A stretch of DNA of 64,000 nucleotides, from NCBI GenBank assembly GCA_934102255.1, contig CAKOSN010000002.1, forward strand, positions 14,088 through 78,087, in the 5' to 3' direction. The notes under the pieces are model-generated. The model was not told the DNA's origin, did not search any database, and saw only the letters and a list, made by a program, of their open reading frames with translations. Within the stretch, counting starts at the first letter, position 1; each line of letters begins with the position of its first letter. Below, in pieces: positions 55,365 through 64,000 of the stretch. The stretch is from an uncultured Bacilli bacterium. Its GTDB lineage: Bacteria; Bacillota_I; Bacilli_A; RF39; UBA660. A program made the translations under genes and the position numbers.

Positions 55365-55809
55365 AAGTTATTTTCTCCTTAAAATTTAAATATTTTAATG
55401 ATTTATCATTTGTAAAAACAACTTGGTCTTTTAGTTTTTGCGGTAATAATCGTTTTAGAGCTTCTTCTTCATTATAAACACCGTTGATATAAAGATTTAT
55501 TACAGGCATAGTATTATCATTGGCAACTGGTCCTATTATCAAATCATAATCATTTTGAATATTTTTATTTTTTCGGTTAGTCGTTACAAATTTTAACCAT
55601 TGTTTATCAGGCCCATTAAATCTTAAAACCTTCAAATTTATTTTGTCTTGTATTTCAAAAACGCTAACGGTTGGGATTCCTTCTTTTCTTCTGGACGTTG
55701 TCAAAATTGCCCATTTTTTGGCTTGCTCTAAACTTGTTGTTAAATAAAATCCTTTGCCAAAGTCTAAAGTTCTTTCACTTTCAATTATTCTTGGCTTATT
55801 AACAAGCAT
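55348..55809 (-). CDS. DUF3990-like protein, apparently 5'-truncated by a frameshift
   Basis: LDFGKGFYLTTSLEQAKKWA matches the DUF3990 core as I recall it. The expected N-terminal MxLYHG motif is encoded 23 nt upstream in another frame (55832-55788, MLLYHGFICLLISQE*). Confidence 0.6.
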   Translation of the reverse strand: MLVNKPRIIESERTLDFGKGFYLTTSLEQAKKWAILTTSRRKEGIPTVSVFEIQDKINLKVLRFNGPDKQWLKFVTTNRKNKNIQNDYDLIIGPVANDNTMPVINLYINGVYNEEEALKRLLPQKLKDQVVFTNDKSLKYLNFKEKITYEKIG

Positions 55810-55883
55810 ATAAACCCATGGTATAACAGCATATTATCAAACCTTTCTATTTAAATTATAGCAAAACCTTAAATGATATGCTA

Positions 55884-55913
55884 CAAAAATAACTAGCTTT
55901 TAAACTAGTTATC
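55884..55913. repeat. Direct repeat copy 2 (smc 3' end plus terminator)
   Basis: Identical 30-mer. It contains the smc stop codon (55905-55907) and the hairpin ATAACTAG/CTAGTTAT. Confidence 0.9.
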
Positions 55914-58862
55914 CTTGGTTTCATTTTCTTCCATACGAACACTTACTAATTTAGAAACGCCTTCTTCTTGCATAGTAATGCCAAATAAAGTATCAGCGTA
56001 TTCCATAGTTCTCTTTTTATGAGTAATAATTATAAATTGTGATTTATCTTTTCTGGTTTCTAGGTATTTGCCAAAAACATCAACATTAGCTTCATCTAAA
56101 GCGGCTTCTACTTCATCTAAAATAACAAATGGCACAGTTTTAACATTAAGAATTGCAAATAATAGTGATATGGCTGTCAGAGTTCTTTCACCACCGGAGA
56201 AAAGAGTTATAGAACTTAGTTTCTTTCCTGGAGGTTGAGCAATAATTTCCACTCCTGTTTCTAGTAAATTATCTTTATCAGTTAATTCTAAATGACCTTC
56301 GCCACCTCTAAATAAGATTTTAAATACTTTTTGGAATTCGGTATTTACAGCTTCAAAAGTAGCCTTGAATCTTTCTTTCATTATCTCATCTAAAGAAGCA
56401 ATCGCTGTTTCTAATTCTTCTACTGATTTTACTAAGTCATCTTTTTGCAAGCTTAAGAAGGTATATCTTTCGTTAACACGTTCAAATTCTGCAATACTGC
56501 CTAAGTTTACCTCACCTAATTCTTTGATACTACTCTTTAACTTGCTTACTTGAAGTCTTGTTGTTTCAATATCAATATTAGTATCAATTTCTCGCAACGC
56601 TTTTTCATAAGTCATAGTATATTCTTCATTTAAAGTTAATAAGTAATTGTCTAATTTAACATCATATTTACCTAAAGTAACTTCATTACTATTAAATTCA
56701 CTATTATATTTATTTAAATCTTTATTTTTATTTTTAATATTAAGTTCTAACTCGGCTAAATCACCACGAGAAGTTTCTAATTTTTCTTTATAATCTTTGA
56801 TAGTTCTTAAAAGGTTATCTTTACGACCATTTAGTTCATAATAAGATTTTAAGATATTATCTAATTCAATATCAACAGTATCATTTAGAATAGCCTCATT
56901 GTTTTTAATAGTATTTTCTTTATCTTTATAGTTATTTTGTAACTCACTTAAACTAATATTTTTACGATTTATAGTTTCTTTTAATTCAATATACTCATTA
57001 TTTAATTTATTTTTCTTAAGTTTTATCTCTTCTTGTTCTTGATTTAAAGAATTTATCTTAGTTTCAATAGCATGAATACTAGTTTCTAAATTAACTTTAT
57101 TAGTTTCTAATTTTGTAAGTTCATAACGGTCTTTTAAAATGCTATTACTATTTTTCTTAGCGCCACCACTTATAGAGCCGCCCGCATAAGATATATCACC
57201 ATCTAAAGAAACAACTTTATATTTATAATTTAGGCGTTTGGCAATATTATTTAGAGCATCAATGTCTTTAACGACAATCGTAGTTGCTAGTAAATTTTGC
57301 ATTATACTATCATATGCTGCATCATATTTTACTAAGTTAATTGCGGTATCAATAAAACCAGAAGTATTTTTTAAATCTGTTATTATATTATTATCTAAGT
57401 ACTTAGGTTTAATAATATTAAGAGGTAAAAAGGTTGCCCGGCCTAGGTGCTGTTCTTTTAAGTAATTAATTGCTTGTTTAACAGAGGTCTCATTATCCAC
57501 TACTAAATAATTAAGACTAGCTCCAAGGGTTGTTTCGATAGCATTCATATAAAGATCATCAAAAGTAAGAAGTTTACCCACCGTATTATATATACCTTTT
57601 AATCGGGGATTATTTAAAATAGATTTAACTGGCAAAGGCACATTTACTTCATTTAAAATATTATTATTTAGAATATCTATTTTATTATTAAGTTCTAATA
57701 ATTCTTTATTTTTTTGATTATAATCATTAGATTCAGTAACATAGTCTCTTCTTAAAATTAAATCTTCATTATCAATAGAATCTAAATTAGTCTTTAATTC
57801 GCACTTTTTATTATTTAAAGACTTTATTTCTTCTTCTAGAGTCTTAATATTTTTACTAATATTTAATATTTCTTCTTTTAAATTTAAAACATTATTTAAA
57901 GTAACATCATTATTACTATTAAGTTTTTTTCGCTCTAAAATCATCGTTTTCTTAGCGCTAGTCTCGGCTATTTCTCGTTCTAAATCAACTAGATTTTGAT
58001 TTAATTTATTTAAGGTTCCCTCTACTTCTAAATTACTTAATTTATTAACTTCTAGAGTAGCTGTATCTTTATTTATCTTAGCAGTTAATTCTTCAATTAA
58101 ACTTTTTAGTTCTTCATTGCGTTGTTTTAATTTATTATATTCTAAATTGATTTTTTTAATATCATTAACTATTAAAGCAATTTCTAAATTCTTTAAATTA
58201 TCTTTATATTCATTAAATTTTTTGGCTTTGATTGATTGGATACGAAGAGGCTCTAAAGAAGTTTCTAACTCGTTTATAAGTAAATTAATCGTATTTAGGT
58301 TATCTTTGGTTTTTTCTAATTTTCTTAAAGATTCTTCTTTATGTTTTTTATATTTTAAAACTCCGGCTGCTTCTTCAATAATTACTCTTCTTGCCTCCGG
58401 CTTACTACTTACGATATCTTCTACCGTTCCTTGGGAAATTATATTATAAGCATCACGCGATGCTCCACTGTCAATAAAAAGATCAGTTATATCTTTAAGT
58501 CTTACTTTCGTATTATTTAAGTAATATTCATTTTCCCCAGTACGATAAACTACTCTTTTTACTTCAATTTCATTAAACTCACTTTTTAAATAATGATTAC
58601 TATTATCAATTGTTAAGGCAACGCTGGCTCTTGACATCGGACTACGACTTTTGGAACCATTAAAAATAACATCACTCATTGAACCAGTTCCACGCAAAGT
58701 TTTAACTGATTGTTCTCCTAAGACCCATTTAACCGCATCTAAAATATTACTTTTTCCGGAACCGTTTGGACCAACTATGCAAGTAATTCCATCTTTGATA
58801 TCTAATTCTATTTTATCAGCAAATGATTTAAACCCAACGGCTTTAATACTTTTTAAATACAT
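55905..58862 (-). CDS. smc: Chromosome partition protein Smc
   Basis: 985 aa. N-terminal Walker A GPNGSGKSN, long coiled coils flanking a hinge (GRATFLPLN), and C-terminal LSGGE...ILDEVEAALD. rnc-smc synteny. Confidence 0.93.
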   Translation of the reverse strand: MYLKSIKAVGFKSFADKIELDIKDGITCIVGPNGSGKSNILDAVKWVLGEQSVKTLRGTGSMSDVIFNGSKSRSPMSRASVALTIDNSNHYLKSEFNEIEVKRVVYRTGENEYYLNNTKVRLKDITDLFIDSGASRDAYNIISQGTVEDIVSSKPEARRVIIEEAAGVLKYKKHKEESLRKLEKTKDNLNTINLLINELETSLEPLRIQSIKAKKFNEYKDNLKNLEIALIVNDIKKINLEYNKLKQRNEELKSLIEELTAKINKDTATLEVNKLSNLEVEGTLNKLNQNLVDLEREIAETSAKKTMILERKKLNSNNDVTLNNVLNLKEEILNISKNIKTLEEEIKSLNNKKCELKTNLDSIDNEDLILRRDYVTESNDYNQKNKELLELNNKIDILNNNILNEVNVPLPVKSILNNPRLKGIYNTVGKLLTFDDLYMNAIETTLGASLNYLVVDNETSVKQAINYLKEQHLGRATFLPLNIIKPKYLDNNIITDLKNTSGFIDTAINLVKYDAAYDSIMQNLLATTIVVKDIDALNNIAKRLNYKYKVVSLDGDISYAGGSISGGAKKNSNSILKDRYELTKLETNKVNLETSIHAIETKINSLNQEQEEIKLKKNKLNNEYIELKETINRKNISLSELQNNYKDKENTIKNNEAILNDTVDIELDNILKSYYELNGRKDNLLRTIKDYKEKLETSRGDLAELELNIKNKNKDLNKYNSEFNSNEVTLGKYDVKLDNYLLTLNEEYTMTYEKALREIDTNIDIETTRLQVSKLKSSIKELGEVNLGSIAEFERVNERYTFLSLQKDDLVKSVEELETAIASLDEIMKERFKATFEAVNTEFQKVFKILFRGGEGHLELTDKDNLLETGVEIIAQPPGKKLSSITLFSGGERTLTAISLLFAILNVKTVPFVILDEVEAALDEANVDVFGKYLETRKDKSQFIIITHKKRTMEYADTLFGITMQEEGVSKLVSVRMEENETKDN

Positions 58863-58873
58863 AAACTCTCCTA

Positions 58874-59527
58874 CTACTTGTTACTGGCTTTTTTGCTTAG
58901 GGCGTCTTTAGCGGCCATTTGTTCGGCTTCTTTTTTACTTTTGCCCATTCCTTTACCATAAACAATATTATCAATTTTAACTTCTACTTCATAAGTTTTA
59001 TCATGAGCAGGACCGGTTTCATTAATAACATTATATTCTAAGGTTTTTTTATCCATTTGAGTTGCTTCTTGTAAAGCACTCTTATAATCAGTTAAATAAA
59101 TTTCATGATGTTTAATATGGGGAATAACTGTTTTATAAACATAATCTTTGGCCACGGTAAAACCACATTCTAAATAAATACAACCCAGGATAGCCTCAAA
59201 AATATCGGCAATAATCGTATCATTAATATCATGTAGTTGCCCATGTCCTACTCTAATATAAGGGATATAACCTATTTCTTTAGCATAATTTGCTAGGGCA
59301 CTCTCGCAAACAAAACTAGCACGCATTTTGGACATAGCTCCCTCTTTTAAGGAAGTATTACTATATAAATATTCACTGACAATTAACTGTAAAACACTAT
59401 CTCCTAAAAACTCTAGTCTTTCATAAGAAGAAACATCATGTTCATTAGCATAACTAGTATGGGTAAGACTTGTTAAAAGTAATTCTTTATCTTTAATATC
59501 TATATTATATTTTTCTAAAAAGTTCAT
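58874..59527 (-). CDS. rnc: Ribonuclease III
   Basis: ERLEFLGDSVL signature and a C-terminal dsRBD (GPAHDKTYEV...GKSKKEAEQMAA). The ATG at 59527 follows AGGTGA. The track start is a GTG within the SD. Confidence 0.93.
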   Translation of the reverse strand: MNFLEKYNIDIKDKELLLTSLTHTSYANEHDVSSYERLEFLGDSVLQLIVSEYLYSNTSLKEGAMSKMRASFVCESALANYAKEIGYIPYIRVGHGQLHDINDTIIADIFEAILGCIYLECGFTVAKDYVYKTVIPHIKHHEIYLTDYKSALQEATQMDKKTLEYNVINETGPAHDKTYEVEVKIDNIVYGKGMGKSKKEAEQMAAKDALSKKASNK

Positions 59528-59543
59528 TTTTATCACCTAACTC

Positions 59544-59572
59544 ATTATAGCAAATAAACCTAAAAAGTCCAA
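59544..59572 (-). promoter_or_regulatory. Sigma-A promoter for rnc-smc
   Basis: Minus strand: TTGGAC (59572-59567), 17-nt spacer, TGcTATAAT (59552-59544). Confidence 0.5.
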
Positions 59573-59613
59573 GAAAAACGGTTCAAAAAAGCAAAAAAAG
59601 ATTATTGTTTCCT

Positions 59614-60240
59614 CTAGTTCTTCTTGGAAAATAATCTTCTCAAAACTTTTTCTTCACTGGCCTCATCTTGCATTCTAAGATTCATATTATGTAAAGCAAT
59701 TTCCATATATTTCTTAACCTGTTCATCTTCAATATCTAAATGATTTGCTTTTATTCTGGCATAAACTTCTTTAGCAACATCAAAATCAGCAGGTTCATTA
59801 ACTACTAAACCATATTCATAGCGCCTACTTTGTATAAATTGATACATTACTTCATCTTCATAATTATAAAAGTAAGTTCCATTTTTACTTTCTAAAAGAA
59901 CATTTTCATTTAAACCACATTTAAGACAAACCTTGCAGATAACCTTGCGGATAATAGGTTCTCCTTGTTCATTATAAAAATCCCAGTTTGGCACATTGAC
60001 CCACAAATGTTGGCAATTTTGGTATTCAATATTTTTAATTTTCTTGTAAAGTACTCGTTGTTCTTGAGCTATCTTTTTATTAGCACTCATTAAATTAAAA
60101 TATTCAGTAACATTTTTTTTAGTAAGAAGTTTTTGCATTTTCTTAATATTATCAAGCTTCTGGATATTCAAAGTAGCATAATCTTTCTTAAATTTAGCTA
60201 GCATTACCTCTGAAAGTCTTCTTGCCTTAGGTTTTATCAT
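59614..60240 (-). CDS. Hypothetical protein with a Cys/His cluster (possible zinc ribbon)
   Basis: 208 aa. The cluster is NCQHLW...ICKVCLKCG. It is the last gene of the string that contains the two DUF6273-like/AAA+ fusions. Confidence 0.5.
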   Translation of the reverse strand: MIKPKARRLSEVMLAKFKKDYATLNIQKLDNIKKMQKLLTKKNVTEYFNLMSANKKIAQEQRVLYKKIKNIEYQNCQHLWVNVPNWDFYNEQGEPIIRKVICKVCLKCGLNENVLLESKNGTYFYNYEDEVMYQFIQSRRYEYGLVVNEPADFDVAKEVYARIKANHLDIEDEQVKKYMEIALHNMNLRMQDEASEEKVLRRLFSKKN

Positions 60241-60385
60241 ATTATCATATCTCTTTCATAAATTTATTTTTAAGTTTCTTTAGCAAGTAAAACAGCAACA
60301 TTATACAAATATTTACCTGCTAAAAATCAATCAGTATAGGTGCCATATTTTCTTTAATATGGCAATAATATTTCTTGTCTTTCTT

Positions 60386-62275
60386 TTATTTTCTTTTCAA
60401 ACTCTTTTTTGGTACAGTAGTAAATTTTAATTCCTCAAGTATTTTTATCCTATTTTCATCATCACGAGTCCACAAAACATCAAAAACCGTCACCATATTT
60501 TCTCCTAATCGTTCAACAAACTTTCTAACTTTTGCTAAATTATTTTCATCTACTTTTATTAGCTGCATAATTGTTGCATACTTTTCACCTATAAGTAACG
60601 ATTGTAACTGTATATCGTTATAATTTTCATTTATTACATCATCCAATGTTATTGCAAGATTACTGCAGAAGTATGTAAACTGATTTGTTAAATCTTTTCC
60701 TAATAAAGCACTCAACATTCTTGGATTATTTGTTGCATAAAGCATTTTTGAGGCTAATATCCATTCTTCAGACATTACAATATCATCACTAAATCCTCTA
60801 AAATCAGGAAATGCTGCTTTATCATTTTCTAAAGCGACATAAGAGCAAATTGCAGGATGAATATTATTTTTAATTGCCAACTTTAACCAATCTTCAATTG
60901 TTGTTTTAACATGTATATGAGCGAATACATTAAATAAATATTTGGATATTGATAATTCTTTATCATCATTTGCAGCAACTACAATTTGGGCATTATCTGG
61001 CAAATTCCAGACCTCATTTATCTGTCTAGTTGAAACTATATCAAATAATATTTTTTGAATATTTTGGGATGAATTTGATATCTCATCAAAGTATACTATA
61101 TGAAATCTATTCGGTTCTTTTTCACATTTTTCTTGTAATTTTTTAAACCATGTTGGTGGAATGTTAATCATTTCCCCAGTTAATTCATTATATACACTTT
61201 TGCCATTCAGGCTCTCTTGCGATACATTAGGAAGATACACTATTTCACAAGTAGGGTCAATTTTCTTTACATTTAGAATTTTTGCGGTTGATGAATATCC
61301 ATGTAAAAATACAGGTATTCCACTTTCAACAGCGCCCCTAATCATTTTCTCTTGACTTAACTCTCCAAATGATAAACAATCTTCATTTTTTTTGATTAGC
61401 TTGCATTCTCCAGATGCTACCTTTTTAGTACGAGAAAATACTACAGATTGAGTTAAATCTTTAAGCATTATTTTATCAAGATATTTTTCAACATCAGTAT
61501 CAAGACCATTGCTTCTCCAAAACGGCAAACCTGATACTAAACCTTTTTTAGCAATTAAAAGGCCTGTTTTATCATCTATTAGCCATCTAACCGGTAATAC
61601 TTCTACCCAAACATAGTCGCCAAGTTTACATTCCGCGCCATTTGAAAGTATAACCTTTTCAAAATTATTCTCCCAATTAAATACAGCCTTCATGCGAATG
61701 TATTGTTTCCAATCATATTGATATACTTTATAATTCTCGAGTTGAAAGCGGTAATGATACTCACCATGTTCTTCAATCATATTAATCGTATTAAATGTAT
61801 AGCTTTTTTTAATTTCAGAATACAATTCATTTCTTTTATATTTAAATTCTAATTTTTTTTGCATTTCTATAGAAGCAACCGTTTGAGGATATTCCCCATA
61901 TTCTACCTCTTCCGCTCCATTTTTTCCAATTATTCTATTTCCGGAAATTTGAGAAAGAGCATCAAGAGATTGCAACACTGGACGAATAGCGCCATGTATT
62001 GAATGCGGGTCTCCAAAAGCTTTTTCACCCCAAAAATTTGCAATAGCAAAACGTTTAGAATAATCTATCCAATACCAGCAAGTTCTATTATCCAAAATTG
62101 ATTTTGCTTCTTTTTTTGCACAATGAGCATCTTCTCTGAAATAGCCACCAGTTAAAATACATAAATCCGTAATTGTCGTTTTTGTACCATATTTTTTTAA
62201 TACATCTAATTGTGGCACACTACTTGATCCCCAAATTTGCCCATCAGACAACAAAGATAATTTTTGAAAATTCAT
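60386..62275 (-). CDS. Fusion protein: DUF6273-like N-terminal module plus an AAA+ (MoxR/dynein-related AAA_5-like) domain with a degenerate Walker A
   Basis: N-terminal motifs: GTKTTITDLCILTGG, AIRPVL, EYGEYPQ, VWVEVLPVRWLIDDKTGLLIAKKGLVSG. C-terminal motifs: VFLHGYSSTAKI (no GK[ST]), Walker B HIVYFDEISN, sensor-like VVAAND. Confidence 0.6.
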   Translation of the reverse strand: MNFQKLSLLSDGQIWGSSSVPQLDVLKKYGTKTTITDLCILTGGYFREDAHCAKKEAKSILDNRTCWYWIDYSKRFAIANFWGEKAFGDPHSIHGAIRPVLQSLDALSQISGNRIIGKNGAEEVEYGEYPQTVASIEMQKKLEFKYKRNELYSEIKKSYTFNTINMIEEHGEYHYRFQLENYKVYQYDWKQYIRMKAVFNWENNFEKVILSNGAECKLGDYVWVEVLPVRWLIDDKTGLLIAKKGLVSGLPFWRSNGLDTDVEKYLDKIMLKDLTQSVVFSRTKKVASGECKLIKKNEDCLSFGELSQEKMIRGAVESGIPVFLHGYSSTAKILNVKKIDPTCEIVYLPNVSQESLNGKSVYNELTGEMINIPPTWFKKLQEKCEKEPNRFHIVYFDEISNSSQNIQKILFDIVSTRQINEVWNLPDNAQIVVAANDDKELSISKYLFNVFAHIHVKTTIEDWLKLAIKNNIHPAICSYVALENDKAAFPDFRGFSDDIVMSEEWILASKMLYATNNPRMLSALLGKDLTNQFTYFCSNLAITLDDVINENYNDIQLQSLLIGEKYATIMQLIKVDENNLAKVRKFVERLGENMVTVFDVLWTRDDENRIKILEELKFTTVPKKSLKRK

Positions 62276-62446
62276 TTAAACTAACACCTCGCTCATATTC
62301 TAACATAAGTTATAATTTTTTAAAAATAAATAATTAGATAAAGTTCAAAAATTTAAAGTAAAATAAGAAATGGTGCTATGATGACTTAAAAAGATTGAAA
62401 AAAATCAGCACTATTAATCACCTTTACTTCGTTAAATAATTATTTA

Positions 62447-64000
62447 TTATTTTTTTAAGTTTCTTGTTAACACTTTATCAGTGTTATTTTCTTCAATTTC
62501 TTTCTGTTTATTATTGCTATCTTGTAGCCACAAAGCATCAAAAACTTCTAAATATTGTGTTCCTAATTTGATAACAAATTCCCTTACTTTTCTGTAATAA
62601 TTTTCATCTACACGTACTAACCCGGCAGTTATTGCATATTTTTGAGCAGAATTTAATTGTTGAATATGCTCATCTGTGTAATCTCTATTTATCACATTAT
62701 CTAATGTGATTGTTTGTTGATAGCAAAAGGCTATAAAATCTGTGGCTATTTCTTCACCTACTAATGCCATTAGTGATGATGGATTTTTTGAGACATAAAG
62801 CATTTTAGAAGCCATTTCCCACTTTTTTGGATTAACAGTAGAATCTTTTCGACTATTGTCGCCAAATAACGCTTTATCACCCCTATAAGCAATGTAAGAA
62901 CAAATCATATGATGTATATTATTTTCTACGGACCATTTTAGCAAATCTTTTAATGGGGTTTGAATATGAAAATGAATAAATTTGTTAAAATATAATTCAG
63001 TTAATTTATTCGATACTATTGAATCCTCCATATCATTACTTCCCAATACAATTCTAGCATTCTTAGGCAATTTCCAAAGCTCATTTATCTCCTTATTTAA
63101 AATTATATTAAATACTGTACCCTGCATAGTTGTTGATGCATTTGTTATTTCATCGATTAAAACCAAGTGAAGTCTATCTGGTTCTCCTTCACACTTTTTT
63201 TGTAATTTTTCAAACCAAGTTGGTTTTAAATTAGTTACTTCGCATCTTGATTTATCTAATATACTTTTACCATTTAAGCTTTCTAATGTTGTATTAGGTA
63301 GATATATCATTTCACAATCAGAATCTATTTTCTTTAACGATTCAAATTTTCCTAACGATGAACATCCGTGTAAAAATATAGCTACATCGTTTTTTATCAA
63401 CCATTTTATTATTTGCTCATCACTTACTGCTTGACATATTAAATTATATGGATTTTTATTAAAATTAGCGTGCTTTATTTCTTTTTGCGTTAAATCCTGA
63501 AACATTACATCATTAAGAAAAGTGCACATTTCAGTTTTATTAAAATCTCCTTCATACGCACTAGAATCATTTCGCCTACGCTTATGAAATTTCACACCGG
63601 AAAGTAGTCCTTTTTTTGCAATTAAAAGCTTAGCTTTATCATCTATTATCCATCTAACCGGCAATACTTCTACCCAAATAGCATTATTGTCTTCATATAC
63701 GTAGTTATTTGAGAGCACAAATCCTCTACTACTTAAACTAGGGTTAGCGTATACTCGGATATATTTTTTCCCTTGATATTCATATTCTATAAAAGTTTCC
63801 GGTTTAAATTTTAGATGATAATCGTCATATTTGCAACAATCAAATGTGTAAGTTTTTCCTGTTATTATCAAATTGCGCCGACCTTTATACTCTGATTCCA
63901 ATATTGGTTGCATCTCATCAGGAGCAGTTTGAGGATATTCTCCGAAGTCTACTTCATAAACACCATATTCTCCTTTCACTCTATTTGGAGAAACATGAGC
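62447..64000 (-). CDS. Paralogous DUF6273-like/AAA+ fusion protein, 5' end beyond the window
   Basis: DFGEYPQ, IWVEVLPVRWIIDDKAKLLIAKKGLLSG, IFLHGCSSLGKF, HLVLIDEITN, VLGSND. The reading frame stays open to the window edge. The residues encoded upstream of the track start (..SPNRVKGEY..) align with the paralog, so the track's M at 63979 (a GTG) is not the true start. Confidence 0.6.
   Translation of the reverse strand, partial: AHVSPNRVKGEYGVYEVDFGEYPQTAPDEMQPILESEYKGRRNLIITGKTYTFDCCKYDDYHLKFKPETFIEYEYQGKKYIRVYANPSLSSRGFVLSNNYVYEDNNAIWVEVLPVRWIIDDKAKLLIAKKGLLSGVKFHKRRRNDSSAYEGDFNKTEMCTFLNDVMFQDLTQKEIKHANFNKNPYNLICQAVSDEQIIKWLIKNDVAIFLHGCSSLGKFESLKKIDSDCEMIYLPNTTLESLNGKSILDKSRCEVTNLKPTWFEKLQKKCEGEPDRLHLVLIDEITNASTTMQGTVFNIILNKEINELWKLPKNARIVLGSNDMEDSIVSNKLTELYFNKFIHFHIQTPLKDLLKWSVENNIHHMICSYIAYRGDKALFGDNSRKDSTVNPKKWEMASKMLYVSKNPSSLMALVGEEIATDFIAFCYQQTITLDNVINRDYTDEHIQQLNSAQKYAITAGLVRVDENYYRKVREFVIKLGTQYLEVFDALWLQDSNNKQKEIEENNTDKVLTRNLKK

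Noticed and set aside
55905-58862. SMC-like ATPase as part of a defence system (Lamassu/Wadjet-type)
   Set aside because: It is a full-length SMC with hinge and head motifs, located in the canonical rnc-smc arrangement with a shared promoter. No MksB/E/G- or LmuA-type partners are present. It is the housekeeping condensin.
60386-62275. AAA+ fusion as a McrB-like restriction GTPase
   Set aside because: No McrC-like nuclease gene is adjacent. The P-loop is degenerate, and the N-terminal module is not a known DNA-reader domain. The assignment was therefore left open.
1-64000. CRISPR arrays, rRNA/tRNA genes, IS elements and transposases
   Set aside because: No regularly spaced direct repeats, no tRNA-like T-loop/acceptor patterns in intergenic regions, and no transposase-like ORFs were found on either strand.

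Overview
Low-GC (roughly 28-30% by eye) Bacillota-type chromosomal segment. It uses the standard code: TGA is a stop, as shown by the gatA/gatB ATGA overlap. The housekeeping backbone resembles Bacilli/Erysipelotrichia-like lineages: hisS, gatCAB, a 6S-like RNA next to tcdA and rarA, xerD, zupT, mnmA, mscL, nusB-xseAB, mutS, tgt, dnaB-dnaI-uppS-cdsA-rseP, phosphoketolase and rnc-smc. Sporulation-type genes (spoIIM-like, spoIVB-like) are also present. Genes run on the + strand up to about 11.8 kb and almost exclusively on the - strand afterwards. The 670-bp AT-rich non-coding gap at that switch holds a 28-bp dif-like site close to xerD, so the window probably spans the replication terminus. No rRNA, tRNA, CRISPR array, transposase or obvious prophage was seen. 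Five accessory insertions interrupt the housekeeping blocks. (1) A sortase locus encodes a thioester-domain (TQxA-type) adhesin with a non-canonical sorting signal. (2) An island between tgt and rseP carries three tandem ~700-aa paralogs (WG-repeat body, coiled coil, pentapeptide-repeat C-terminus) and a DUF6273-like protein. (3) Two tandem proteins are built from repeated RNA polymerase alpha-CTD-like modules, next to an HExxH membrane protein. (4) A ~1-kb DUF3990/DUF3791/DUF3791 cassette sits behind smc, bracketed by a perfect 30-bp duplication of the smc terminator, and its DUF3990 gene appears frameshifted. (5) Two paralogs upstream of rnc fuse the DUF6273-like module to an AAA+ (MoxR/dynein-like) domain with a degenerate P-loop. 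All family names come from motif recognition by eye. No searches were run.
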